Translations under genes and position numbers: made by a program
DNA from: Pelomyxa schiedti
Taxonomy: Eukaryota > Protista > Evosea
Assembly (NCBI GenBank): GCA_020536535.1
Contig: JAHLWZ010000795.1
Coordinates: 1 to 64,000 of the forward strand
Reading direction: 5' to 3'
DNA length: 64,000 bases
Notes under the pieces: generated by a model
The model's input: only the letters and a program-made list of their open reading frames with translations
Told to the model about the DNA's origin: nothing
The model's database searches: none
Shown: positions 10,214 to 22,800 of the stretch, piece by piece
Layout: each line of letters opens with the position of its first letter
Position numbering within the stretch: the first letter of the stretch is position 1

Positions 10214-13200
10214 ATGGGATCAACGTCAAGTAGCAGCAAGGGAGAAGCTGTGCGGGGCGTGGTAGCCGAAAAACCTACCGTGGTGTCGCCCTCGCCTTAC
10301 GTAGCAGATTCTCAGGACATATCATCGGGAGCGTTTTTGTGTGACTGCTGCGGGTGTGTGACATTTCGTTGTTGTTTGTTGTATTTATGTGCGCCAGTGG
10401 ATCGACTTCTTTGGTGGGGCTTTTAATTGCTTGTTTTGGTTTTGGTTTTTATTTATTCTATTTTTTATTTTTTTTCCCCTCGCTCTGTGTAATGATTTGC
10501 ATGAAACAGGGAGAGAATATATCACAGGAATGTACGTTACACATGTTGTGAGTGCAGGAATAGACTGGAGTCTATCAGTTTCGACATTTGTGTGGCGTGC
10601 ATGGGCAACAACAAATTTTGGGAGAAACACCTGGAGGAAATTCACCCCGGAAAACAATTTTCCCCGCTTGTACTTGATCCTTCTGTGATTCTTACACCTA
10701 ACGCACAACGCACATGTGCAGCAGAAGCTTTACGTGCGTGCATGCTCCTGTTCCGTGAGTGCCCTCTATTTGCTATTCGGTGCACTTTGAGAGATCCATC
10801 TAATGATGTTGCTGGTGGAAGTGCTTCACCTCTTGGCTCGGCTGCATACAGCTGGGTTACTTACCAGGAAGTCTACAGTGCCTCCCGCTCACTTGCAAGC
10901 AACATGATTGTAGAGTGTGGACTAAAACCGCAAATGAAAGTTGCACTGTTTGCTGGCAACTCAGTAGGTTGGTGCACTGTATGTTTTGCCTGTATTTTCG
11001 CTGGAGCTATTCTCGTTCCGCTTCCTGCAGGGAAAAGTGCAGGGGAGTTGGGCTCTCAATGCGTTGCTGACTGTGAACCTAGCATACTGTTTTGCACCCA
11101 TGAGACTGCAGAACCTGTTTGCAAAATTGTGGAGGCCGTTGAGTCTGTGCGATGGGTTGTTCTTATTGATGATACACCTCAAGAAAAGGAGAGAACTTAT
11201 GCTCAACTCAATACTTCATGCACTAGTATTTGTAATGCCCGTGGAGGGAAGTTAGTATGCCTCAGTGACCTCACCTCAATGACATCCTCAGCGTGGACTG
11301 AAATTGTCACCCGCCAGTTGGATGATGTCATGATGCTAATGTACACCTCTGGCAGCAGTGGCAAGCCAAAGGGCGCAATGGTTCCTGACCGATATGTGCA
11401 TACAGACTTAATGAAGCTTGCCCGGGGCCTGCAACCAGTTATCCTACTATTCATGCCTCTTGCTTTTTCTTCCCAATTCCGTATGTTAATTGGCTCCATG
11501 GCTGGCTGTGGGAAGCTCGTCTTTAGTAGTGGGAACGCAGGTACACTCTTAGAGGAACTCCGAGATATCAAACCTACATTCATACAAGCACCACCTTGTG
11601 TGTGGGTTTCTCTTCACTCTCAATTTTTAGCAGAAATGGAAAGATTATGTATTGGGAAGACAACAAAAGAAGAACGACATATTGTCAAGGAACAACTCCG
11701 CAAGAATTACTCGAGCTATTTTGGTAACAAGCTGTCTGCAATAACAACTGGAGGAGCACCAACTCCACCACACGTCATGAAGTGGTTGTACAACACTTTC
11801 TACTCTTGCGACGTTCATGAGGGATATGGAGCAACAGAAGTTGGTGGCATTTCTCGTAACGGTTATTTATTACCGGGAGTGGAAGTGAGACTACAAGACT
11901 GCCCCGAAATGGGATATTTCTCAACTGATACTCCACCAAGAGGAATCTTATGGGTAAGGACTACTGAGATGATGCTGGGGTATTTCAACAACCCGCGGGA
12001 TACCAATGAGAACTTCTCTTCTGATAATTTCTTCTGTACTGGAGATGTTGTTGAATACGAAAAAGACAAAAGGGCAGTCCATATTATTGACCGCGCAAAA
12101 TTTGCAGTGAAGTTGTGCCAGAGTTTGTGGGTACAACCAGAAGCCTTGCAAAAAGTGTTCTGTAAGTCTCCTCTGGTTACAGACGTTTTTGTCTATGCTG
12201 ATAGTTTCCTTCCCTGTGTACTCGCTGCAGCAGTGGTAAATTTTAATGTTCTTAGACAAAGAGCAGGAAGTCTTGGAATCACTGAAACTTTTCCAGATAC
12301 AGTTCTCTGTACAACCCCAAGCGTAGTTTCTCTAATTCGTGCTGATTTTATTCTTCTGGGATCACAAGCCAACCTTCTTCCACACGAAATTCCTCGAGTT
12401 GTTTTATTGGAATCTGATGCTTGGACCACTGAAAATGGCTTCTTAACACCCACAATGAAAAAGAATCGTAGGGTCCTATCTGAAAAGTATGGACCCATTC
12501 TAAAAAGTATGTATGAAACATCTTTTGACGTAGAAGTAGCAGATTCTGTTCAGCTGTCCCCCCCTGGCAACCACTTAGTCGAGTCAACTGATGATGCATT
12601 CTTTGCACAAGCAAATCAAGTGATGGAACGTATTCTAGGTGCTGGCTCTTTTGGATTGGATGCACCACTCAAAACTGTTGGAATTGATAGTGTTACAGCA
12701 GTGAGATTGTCTGCCGTGCTCAACAAGATTTTTGACCTTCGGACACCGTTGAGCCCACAATCATTTCTTGATAGTAAAATTACTCTAAGGCAACTTCTCA
12801 AACGCCACCGAGATGAAAGACTGCACTCCACTTCAAATTCCCCCTTCGATTGGGCTTCTGAATGTGAGCTGAGTATGGCAGATTTATATCCGTGTTCTCC
12901 CCAACCATATCCATGTTCTGGGTCTTTTTTTTTGACTGGCGCCACAGGATTTGTTGGTTCCTACATCCTGCAAGCATTAATTGCGAATACAACTTCCCAA
13001 GTTTTCTGCCTCGTTAGAACTACAAATGGTGTGCCACCTTGTATCAGACTGGAACAACAACTGTCTAAGTATAAAGTCAATTTACCCAATGGCGTCAAAT
13101 GTTGCGACATTTCCAGTTTTACTTCCAGTGACCGTATTATTTGTTTTGGCGGCGATATTTCTGAGTTCCATTTTGGACTGAAAGAGGCGGAATGGAATTT

Positions 13201-14307
13201 ACTCGTAACTCAAGTCACCTGTATAATACATAATGCTGCTGTAACGAGTAGTATACAACCATATTCTCAACTTCGCGCTCCTAATGTGCATGGAACTGTA
13301 CAAGCTATTAAGCTAGCCTGTTCGGTTCCTTCATCCAAGTCTCAAGCAATCCCCCCTAAAAGGCTTGTATATGTGTCATCAATATCTGTGTATGAGGCAC
13401 AGGAATTATCAAGAGGAAAGTCCCTGAAGGAGAGGGTTATTTCAGAGTGCGGGCATGATATGAACGCTTACGGGAGAACAAAAAGAACAAGTGAGATCTT
13501 GATTAACCATGCCAGAGAGCGTCTTGGACTCGATGCAGTTAGTAAGTCCTGCGTACGTACCGATAAAGCCTGATGTTCATTACACTCTCTCTAGTGTGTA
13601 GGTTGGGGACAGTCGCCGGAAGTTGCATGACTGGGGCTTTGAATTCCTCCGATACAGTTAATCGCTTACTGGGCACGTTTTATCAACTTCGGGCCGTGCC
13701 CTATCTCACCTCCTCTGGTGATGAAAAACCTATCATTCCAATGGCTCCCGCGGAGTGGGTTGCCGAATCCATTTGCAAGATCGCTATTGACAGAGATTCC
13801 TGCAAGCTTGGGGTATTCCACATCGTCGGGCCGAGCGTAACTCTTTCTGCATGTGCCACTGCACTTGAATCGGTACTGCGTCTTCAAAGCCCACAACAAC
13901 AGAATTCCGCAGAATCAGTACCGGCAACATCACCCGATCCGAAGGTGAAGAGACTACTTTACCGCGAATGGAGCCACCTCATGTACAAAACAGAAGAATG
14001 TGCCCTATGGCCCATGAAGGCATCCTTCTGTCACTGCGGAGTAGGTGACGGAATCACGCCGTGCCACTGTCAAGGACTCCCGTTTTTGCCGGAATCCCAG
14101 GTTCTGGACCAAACCAACACTCAATCAATACTTCTTGCTCCCTCCCAATCACCACCAAACTGCTGTCCCACCGGTGGCCACAATATCAATCCTTCGCCAT
14201 CACCATCGCCATCACCATCACCGGCACAGAATCCCGCCGTATCACAGTCCACGCTGGCAAAGTACTTCTTGTTCCTCTCCGAACATCTGGAATTCATCCA
14301 TGAATGA
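10214..14307 (+). CDS. Carboxylic acid reductase-like NRPS-type enzyme (adenylation, carrier protein, thioester reductase)
   Basis: A domain: YTSGSSGKPKG, GYGATE, TGDVV..IIDRAK, PTMKKNR. Carrier GIDSV (phosphopantetheine Ser). Reductase: LTGATGFVG, HNAA, NVHGT, YVSS, YGRTK, and CRLGTVAG after a gtaagt..ctag intron near 13544-13593. N-terminus MGSTSSS. Confidence 0.9.
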
Positions 14308-14390
14308 TGAATTCACAGTTCACAGCAACGGAAATGCGCATAAAAATAGTAGTTTGATCGTTACGTGAGGTTGTAGTTCTATCCTTAAAA

Positions 14391-16100
14391 ATGGACGCGG
14401 GGGTCCCAGAATTGCCGTTCTTCCCGGTTTCTGTCACTTCCTCAAAAGGCTGTGTTTCAGCGAAGTCAAACGTGGACGGACAGGAAGGTCGTGGGATCCG
14501 CGGGGTTTGACACATCGAAGTTTCCCTTTTTTTATCTTTTGTTACTCCGATCAAGTTCTTTGGGTGTGAGTCGAACAACAAGAACAACAAGGTGGGACAA
14601 AAAGCACAAAGTGACACCGAGGGGAAAAAAAAATTTTGTCCCCCATTGGTTTTTCGTACTGCCCTCTGGGAACTTGGCAACCAATACAAAATATTCTCGA
14701 AGTTAAAACTGGGTTGTCCATGTAATACATGCCTGGGACCTTTTTTTTTTTTTTTGCTTCCTGGGTGATTACTTACTATGTCTAGTTAAATTGCCTCCTT
14801 AGATATACAGTGATGTGGGAATTGACGATTTCATGTCGGACAATTGCCAAGAGGCGCCGTTTTTCAGTACTGCACCTTGTCTCTCCTTTGCATAGTGGTT
14901 TAAGTCTTCTTTTTCTAATCTTAGATGCACATTGTGGCGCCGCCAGGATGGCGTAACACTGGACTCTCTGAGCAAGATATTTGGGGTGCTGGTTTCAAGG
15001 CAAAGTGCTGCCTTGCAGAGCCGCCATATTCATGTATTTTCGTTTCTTTATTTCCCCGCCTATGTTGATTTGTACTCTCGCCTTGCAGTTGCTTCTTGTC
15101 AGCGATGTTGCCCTGGAAAAAGTGTTGTAATTGTCTCCACACCAAAGGAGTCTCGTCCATTTATTTCTTCTGATGGGAGGGAGTATTTTGAGTTTTCGAT
15201 GTGCAGTGGAAAATGTTCTTCCACGGAAACGTATGACAACCTGCTGTTATTAATGGGTCTTTGACATTTCATTTCAGGCATTTTGGGTGTGACTTAATGC
15301 TAGTAGTCGATACATTACCATGCGGAATGCTCAGGTCACCAACGTTCAAAATTTTTGAACGGCAAAAGCCTTCAGCCCCTTCACCTAATGTCTATCCTCC
15401 AGTATCCGCGTCTGTGATACCCGGGATTTTCCAAAATTGCACACCCACTGGTGGTTTCCAAAATTTCCCACCCCCTGAACCCTTGCACCCAGCTTCCACC
15501 CTCGTCTTCCCAAGGCCAATCCACCCCACAGTCCAGCATTCCGCCTCACCTCCAGCCCTCGTTCCCTGCCCAGCAAAAAGAATTTCACTCCCAGCACCCT
15601 CGTCATTATTACTGCAGCCATCCCCTAATACACTATCCACCCCACCAGGCATTACTTCATCATGCACAACTTCCTCGGTCACAACCACATCTACATCCAC
15701 GTACACAACAACACCAAAACACAGAACAACCAAAACAGAAACACCAGTATCAGCAGAAGCAGAAGAATCAGAAGAAGAAGCAAAAACAGAAACAGCGGAA
15801 ACCACATCACCACTGCACCCCACTCAGCTCCCCAACTTTCCATTGGTTTACCCCACACCCCAGTATCCAAATGGCAAACCCTTGCACCACCCCACAGCAT
15901 CAGCAAAAGCCAAGACAAAACGAAAACCAAAACCAAAAGCTAAACCAAAAACAAAACGCAGTTCAAGCAGTGAGTCACCCCCTCACCATTCCTCTTCTCC
16001 ATCACCATCTTCTTCACCCTCGCCCACTTCTTCCCCTCGGTCTCGCTCCCCAAAGTCCTCACGCCGTGGAAGTTCCTCTAGTTCTGGTACTTCCCTGTAA
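14391..16100 (+). CDS. Putative CudA-like transcription factor with Pro/Ser/Thr-rich tail; multi-exon, start uncertain
   Basis: Exons encode CQRCCPGKSVVIVS..EYFEFSMCSGKCSST..HFGCDLMLVVDTLPCGMLRSPTFKIFERQ, which resembles the amoebozoan CudA core as I recall it. A low-complexity C-terminal exon follows. Confidence 0.45.
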
Positions 16101-16184
16101 ATTGCAAGTAGTGTGTACAAGTGGTGATTTATCCTCTTTTAAAAATTTATTGTGTTGTGGAAGGGGAGGTTCGTGTAGTGGTTA

Positions 16185-17598
16185 CTACTCCACAGCCAAT
16201 TTGAAGTCAAAGGCTGTTATGGCAACACCAAAGGCTTGGCATGGTGTAAAGGGGAAATTGAAATCGAGAGAGAATAGGTTGTCCCCTGTGCGCCCAAGGA
16301 GGAGCTTGACGGCTCCCTCTATAACTATTGAAGAGGTTAGGAAGCAGAGGGCCAAGCATCACTTTACTTGGAACTTCGGTGAGTTGAAAGTTTCGGACTG
16401 ATGCCCGCGTTGCTCTTCCATGAAAGTGTAGGGTGTATTGCTTCAGGTCTGGAGAAATTTGTCACATGAGGAAGGTTAAGTGAAGTACAACTTGCATCCC
16501 AGACTGGTGGTACATTTTGAAAGTGGGTAATATTCTCAGTATGTCCTTCTTTGAACTGTTGGAGGAGGGTGCTCACCCCGGCAGTGTGACCAAGTGAGGG
16601 TATAAGGACACACAGTTTCCTTGGTCCATTAAGCCCCATGGGGTCTGGTACATAAGAAATGGAGACCAGTTCAGAGCGAGGTGTGTCAGTGTTGAGTTTT
16701 GGGTCCGTTCCGTAGTCATACACTGATACAATAAAGTAACAGAGAAGAATTATTTCATGCAGTTAACCTACAAATTCCGTGCCAAAGAAATTTGATCTTT
16801 TGAGAAATTAGTAATTGGCAGTCCAGTTTCCTTATCCTTACGTTACTTCACCAGTGTATTTTTTGCTGATCTTCACATTTTCTGCACGGTCAGTGGAAAT
16901 TACATATGATCGGGAATGTTTTTTTTTCCTTCCCTGTGAAAGTTATAAGGGCTTCATACATAAGTGACTGCGAACTTACAGAAAGCAGGAATTGATTTGT
17001 ACCGTGCACAAAGAGCTGTGATTGAAGTCACATGATGTAGTTGTAGGAACAGTAGGCAACACACCTCATAAGATGGCTTAGTCAACAGGCCTCTCTTTAT
17101 TCGATGAATATCACACTGTATCTGAGCAATTGGTGTATGTACAAGCTCTTCAATTATGTCCTCAGGAATTATGCCACTGACAACATACGGCACAGGCAGA
17201 GTCGCGGACGGTGTGAGTGAATGGCTCACAGCCCCCGCCGATGCCGTTGTTGATGCTGATGATGATGATACGAAAGCTGGTGGGACTGTTGTTGTTGTAA
17301 ATGATGGCGGAGCCGAGGGAGTGGTAGTTTCAGTGTGAATTATCGCGGGGTGTATTTGAGGCACGTCGGAAGTGGTCAATGCAGTCGACGATATGTCGTA
17401 CACCAAAAAGGTATCTGATGAAGCAGAGGACTTGGATTTGCTGGCCTTTGGCTTTGCTAACTACAAGTTTAAAAAAAAAAACGATCGGGAAAGAGGAAGA
17501 TTACGTGGCGTAGAGGCAGCACTCGTGGACGTTGTGTTTGACAAGGGCTGTTGTTCCTCGTCCGAACTGGAAGATCCGCCTTCGCTTCGGTTTAACAT
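16185..17598 (-). CDS. Tubby-domain protein
   Basis: IQCDIHRIKRG, RSNFFGTEF, YDYGTDP..RSELVSISY..MGLNGPRKLCVLIP, LHFHGRATRASVRNFQL and FSLDFNFPFTPCQAFGVAITAFDFKLAVE* match the Tubby C-terminal consensus. Confidence 0.9.
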
Positions 17599-17678
17599 TG
17601 TTTACTGCTCGTTTGTTTTTAATTTTTCGAACGAACTTTTGAAAGATCTGAGCCAGACGTCTGACTCCTCACAGCTCG

Positions 17679-19792
17679 ATGACGATGACGGCGACACAGT
17701 ATACCCGGGCTGCAAGGAATACTTGCGATCTACTGCCGCCCACTCCCATCCCCATCCAATTGGGGGCAAAGTAGTCACTCCCTCCGCCTCGAAGGCGGGG
17801 GCGGCCTAGACGAGGCCCCCTCGTCGCCGCGCCTGTGCGCCTTGCTTCTGCGGCAAGTTATATGGAGCATCGCTGAACACCTTCCCCTGGCCCTGAACAT
17901 CATCGCAAGCCGGGAATTGCTCACCTGTTGCAACAGTAACCTGGGGAGTGCGTTGCCTCGGTTGGTGAATGAGGCGAGGCCTGCGACACATGTTGGTGTC
18001 TCATGCTTGGGGATTCAGAAGCTGATGTGGCGACTTTGCAAAACTTGCTCTGTTGGTGGAAGGTTGGGACTCGCTAGTTATGCTTATCACCAGGGGTTAT
18101 TGAGTTCCTAAGGAAGAGCACTATCACTACTCGGCTCATCACTCCAATCTCCAAGCTTGGACAAGGTTTTCACTGAATCTTCATTCACAGATGGATTTTG
18201 GCATGCTATACGACGGCGGATTCATCGGGACATTCTTTCCAAGTTGAATATGCTGTGCTTTTCAGATCCTCTCAATGGCAACAAGGTCATTCTTGGCTTC
18301 GTGGGTTGTCGTATTGAAGAAAGAACCTGTTCCTCAAATCTATCTCCGCGTTGCTTATCGTCCCTGTGATTGTAGCTGGAGACCTATTTGAGGAGGCATT
18401 GGAAAAGCATAAACAAGTGGTGGAAGGACTTCTGCTTCAGATGTTGAGGTTTCGTGCCTTTCAAATCAAAGACCTTCCTCTGTTTGTGGATTTGGCCAAT
18501 GAATTAACTCTCAACAATCTCAAAACAAGTTACGGAAACGATCCCAAAAAGATACCAGGGAACTTAAGATTCTGTCCAGGCCGGTAGAATGCGGGGGAAA
18601 AAGGCACAATGCAGAGCTTCACATAAAGGAACATACAATTCCTGTTGATGTGGAATCGTACTCACGGCTTGCCTTCTGGTTGCATCATCAGTACACCAAC
18701 AGAAGAGAGCTCATGAAAGAAATATGCAGCAAGGTTACTTCACAAATCCACAGAAGAACATTAGTGGGTGAACTTGGACCGCTCGCTCCCTGCGAACCAA
18801 GAAAGCTTCCTCCGGCCCTGCTTTCTCGTGACGAGACTAAAAGGCAAGAGTTACTTAAACACCCCACAATTACCGGAGCCTCAGTACATTGACGAACTGG
18901 AACACGGTGCCACCAAACAACTGTGACTACCCCTTGTCAAAGTTGTTCCTTTGCTCCACGTCATTCCCCTTTGTAATATCCCACTGAACCAACAATGCAC
19001 AAACCCTTTTTTTTTGAATTGCTCCAGGCCACCACAAGCTCCAAGTTGGGTTCATCAGAAGTGTTTCCCAACGGAAACCTTGTTCTGCTCACTACAGTCT
19101 CAGAAACATAACTACAGCGGATCATTTCGAACTACAGAGCGAGTACTCCTCTGGGAGCAAAATTTTACGTAAAATTTTTCTCCCAGAGGAGTACTCGCTC
19201 TGTAGTTCGCCAAAATTTTTACTTTTTAAGGGAAAATTTGTTTTTTAGAAAAGTAAAAAGAAAAAAAGAAGGTGGCAGACAAACATTTGGAGCGGTGGTG
19301 CATTTGGAGCAATTTGGGAGCTTGGTGCATCATTTTGGGGATTGTATAGAGTGGGAGTGGGTGTATTGTATTGCAAACCTGATATTCCAGGCGGGGGAAA
19401 ATATTATTAATGCCTCGTGCTCAGCACCACCCTCACTCAGTGAGGGTGAAGAGGTTCCCCTACAAGCCACCTCTCTATTGCACAGAGAGGCGAGGCTAAG
19501 TGCCTGCTATCAGAGTCAATTCAATCAATTATTAACCCACGCTAATATTGACAACAGAACATAGGATGGTGCTGTATATAAAAAGCGGTTCTATGAACGA
19601 GATATTCTCGCTCTTGACGAGGCAGTGTCAATTGTGCAGAAGTGGAATGATGCACACATCGTCAACAAACCGATACTCGTGAACAGAGCGGAGGTCTGGG
19701 TATGTCATGGGGAGCGGGAGGGTGAGAAGATTCTTGTGGAGCCAAAGCAAAAAAAAAACTACAAAGAAAATTTTGTCTTGGAACTCATGTAA
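17679..19792 (+). CDS. Hypothetical multi-exon protein, possibly with an F-box-like N-terminal motif; boundaries approximate
   Basis: Chain of protein-like exons (17842-18111, 18157-18369, 18351-18587, 18650-18892, 19238-19564) separated by GT-AG segments. No family recognised. Confidence 0.45.
19128..19209. repeat. 82-bp near-perfect palindrome (one mismatched pair)
   Basis: cgaactacagagcgagtactcctctgggag-c-aaaattttacgtaaaatttt-t-ctcccagaggagtactcgctctgtagttcg. Confidence 0.95.
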
Positions 19793-19809
19793 ACGTGGTC
19801 AAAATCGGC

Positions 19810-22800
19810 CTACTTCTCTGAGTCGAAGTGACACCAAATGTTGAGGAGGCAGGCCATTGAGGGCCTGGAAGCAGGATCCACAGTCCAGCAGCACTCCATC
19901 ACTTGCTTGGCCCACAGCGGCACTTCCGGGGATTCAAATGTGGTAGTGAATGCTACTGCCGCAGCGGTGGCCGATTCGGCTATTGCCATCACGGCACTGT
20001 GCAGGCGGTGAATGTCCACTATGAGTGTGGAATTGGTTTTGGTTGGAGAGGGCGGCGGAAAGTTGTTGCTGTTGCGCGCTGTTTTTGGTAGAAGTGATGA
20101 TGGGTGGAATGGACCGGCGGAACGCCCGGTAGTGATTTGAACTTCAACGAGCGGATTGAACGGCGATACCAGCTGGTGAACGAGAACCCCTGCGTTGAAC
20201 GTTAAAAACTGTAAATTCCGGAGTGTTAGGGTGGAATGGGCACCAAAGTTCCACACATCGGTCTTGGAGTCACCTCGGCCGGGAATCCGATTGTTTTGGT
20301 AGTTGTCGTTGGGCAGAGCTTGGAGAGTCAGCACTGTCTCTTCTTCTACTTGACCTAAGTAAGCCACCTGATTGCTGTGTGAGTTAATAAGCATGGAAAT
20401 TAACTACTGCACCTTTGCCCAAGGGCCGGGTGCTGATTCTAGTAGAGAAGAGACAAGAATGGTCCCTGTGGATAGCTGTAAAAAGTACGGGGTATAATTC
20501 AGCTAACCAGCTTCGAGCAAGAAACCGCCGTGGATGAGAGGAGGATGTTGAGAGTGGAGGAGAGCAAGACCTTTTGCAACGTCTCTCAGTATTTTAGCCC
20601 TCAGGCTCATCGGCAACACTTGATCAATGAACGAAGTCAGATTTGGTTTCAGCCCGATGGCCTTGGGTCTATCCATGCAGAATTTGATCAGATCCCTGAG
20701 GTTCAAAGGTGAGCCCTTTCTTTGGATACCAAGGATTTCCTCCGTGAAGCGTGGAGGAATAGTGGGGGGAAACGGTTCCGTAACTGTCATAAAGTACCGT
20801 CCATTGCTATAGCGTGCCCCAATATAATTGACAACCCTGGAGTGCTTCGGAATCTCCCTCAAAACGGAAATTAGTGGCATTACCCGTTCCGCTGTTGTGG
20901 AAACTCTCCTTCCCGCTTCAATCAACTGGTAACATTCACTTGCACTATTTTCATTCTCCTTCGTGATTACCATCCCAGGGGGGGTGTCACAAGGCAATTC
21001 TGAGGTACCAATTTTGTCAATTTTCAGAAAAGAAAGTTCTGGAGCCACATGAGTCAGGTTCACAGGTGCATCAATTGCCTCCTGATTTGGGCATTTGAGG
21101 GAGGTATTTCCAGACAAAGTTGTGTCAAAAACATCGCTGCTTTTGAAGTAGTGTATATTAGGCATAGTACTGTGTTCAATCTGCAGCTTCAAACAATGGG
21201 GACAGGGAAAGAGCTCATGCACCGGGAGGTTGTTGGTTTCACAAAATTGGCGGATCCACATAATTATATAAGCCCCCAAGTTTTGGGCATGGCCAATGGG
21301 TGTATCACCATTCTCAGCTATCTCAAGCGTTGTCCTCATGAAAATGTCAATTGGTAATTTGTCAGGAAATGCCACAAGGACATCTTGTGAAATTCCCTCA
21401 CTTTTCTTGGATACCCATATTCTGGAATCCCCAACAAACTGTTGCGTCAGGCGTGGCACCTGGCGTAAAATGTTCATAATTTTTCTGGACAATTCGTCAT
21501 GGGTGCATCCGATATCAATTGACCTCCCGTTAAATATGACTTGGCTTCGCTTTGATGGTTTTATTGCGTAAATACCTCCCCAGAACGCATTAATAAAATT
21601 CAAACCACTATCACTCGCGCCAGTCGGCAAAGAGTAGGAAAGATAAGGCACGTTTTCACATAAAAATACTATGTTCAGCTCCCTCAGAAGCGATAGAAGC
21701 AATGGAGAGTATGAAGGTAACTCTCGTAAGTGCTGGAAGAAGTGAGTCGATTCCGTAGCTCTCTCATTGGAGGGAGACTCTTCCTTATCATTAACAGCAA
21801 GGATACTGGAATTTGAGCTTCTAGTGCTCTGAATGCTATCAGCTAGGTCATTGATGATTTGATTGAACCACTCCAGCTTAAGCACAACGAATTGAGACAA
21901 ATCACGTTGTGACTTTGACCAGCATGGATGCCTGAAGTGGATGATGGCACCTGTGTCCGACAGGAAATCACAACACATTTGGATGTCAACTTCTGGGTTT
22001 CTCCCTCCTCCAAGTGGTGCACCAACACCAAAAAAGAGGGCCATTTGAACAAAGACAGTCCATTTGATGACACATTCTCTTACCTTTGACAGTCTATGTG
22101 CTAGGTTGATCCATCGTGGTGAAACTGGTGTAGAACTTGCAGTGCTCACAATAGTTTCCAAAAGTTCACATATACTTGCAGCTGGTGTTCCTACAGAGAC
22201 TCCTCGCTGACAAATAAATGGTGCAGTTTCAGAAAACGAGGCACTTGTCATAGAATAATTGAGACTGTAAACGCCACGTAGAGTAAGATTTGTTTTCCAA
22301 ATAGGGGACTGTAGAATGGGTTCCAATAGTTCATTGACCGGTTTGTGTAAATCAAAGTCTTTGAATGGACTATATGCAACAATGATAATTTGGGCACGCC
22401 CACATACATTGGCTTGCATATGACCTTGGGCAATTTCTTGAAGCCAGAAGTGTAATCTGTGGATCTGATAGGAGTTGGGATTCATGCACACAAATAAAAT
22501 GAAAACAGACTTGCTGTGAAAGAAGCATGAATAAAACGGATGCGCATGTCCATCTTTTAAGGCAGAAATGAGGTATTACTAAACATGAGTGGAAAGAGTG
22601 ACACACTCAAGTTCCATGCAGTCCATGTCCGCAATGATTTTTTGGAAGTCTTGAAAGGTAGATGTGTGGAAATAACTGGTGGGGCACAACTTTTTAGCGT
22701 ATTTTTCATCTTGAATTTGTGTCTATTGTCCATCAAGCACTTCAAGAACTCAGCCTGCAGTATAGTGTTATCCCCAATGATAATGAGTTTGTGGGAATTC

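Noticed and set aside
17781-17825. Two tandem GC-rich hairpins
   Set aside because: The stems are short (6-9 bp), expected in GC-rich DNA, and probably lie within a coding exon.
19091-19209. CRISPR-like repeat-spacer array
   Set aside because: The repeat is only 7 nt with 13-nt spacers, there are no cas genes, and the context is eukaryotic.
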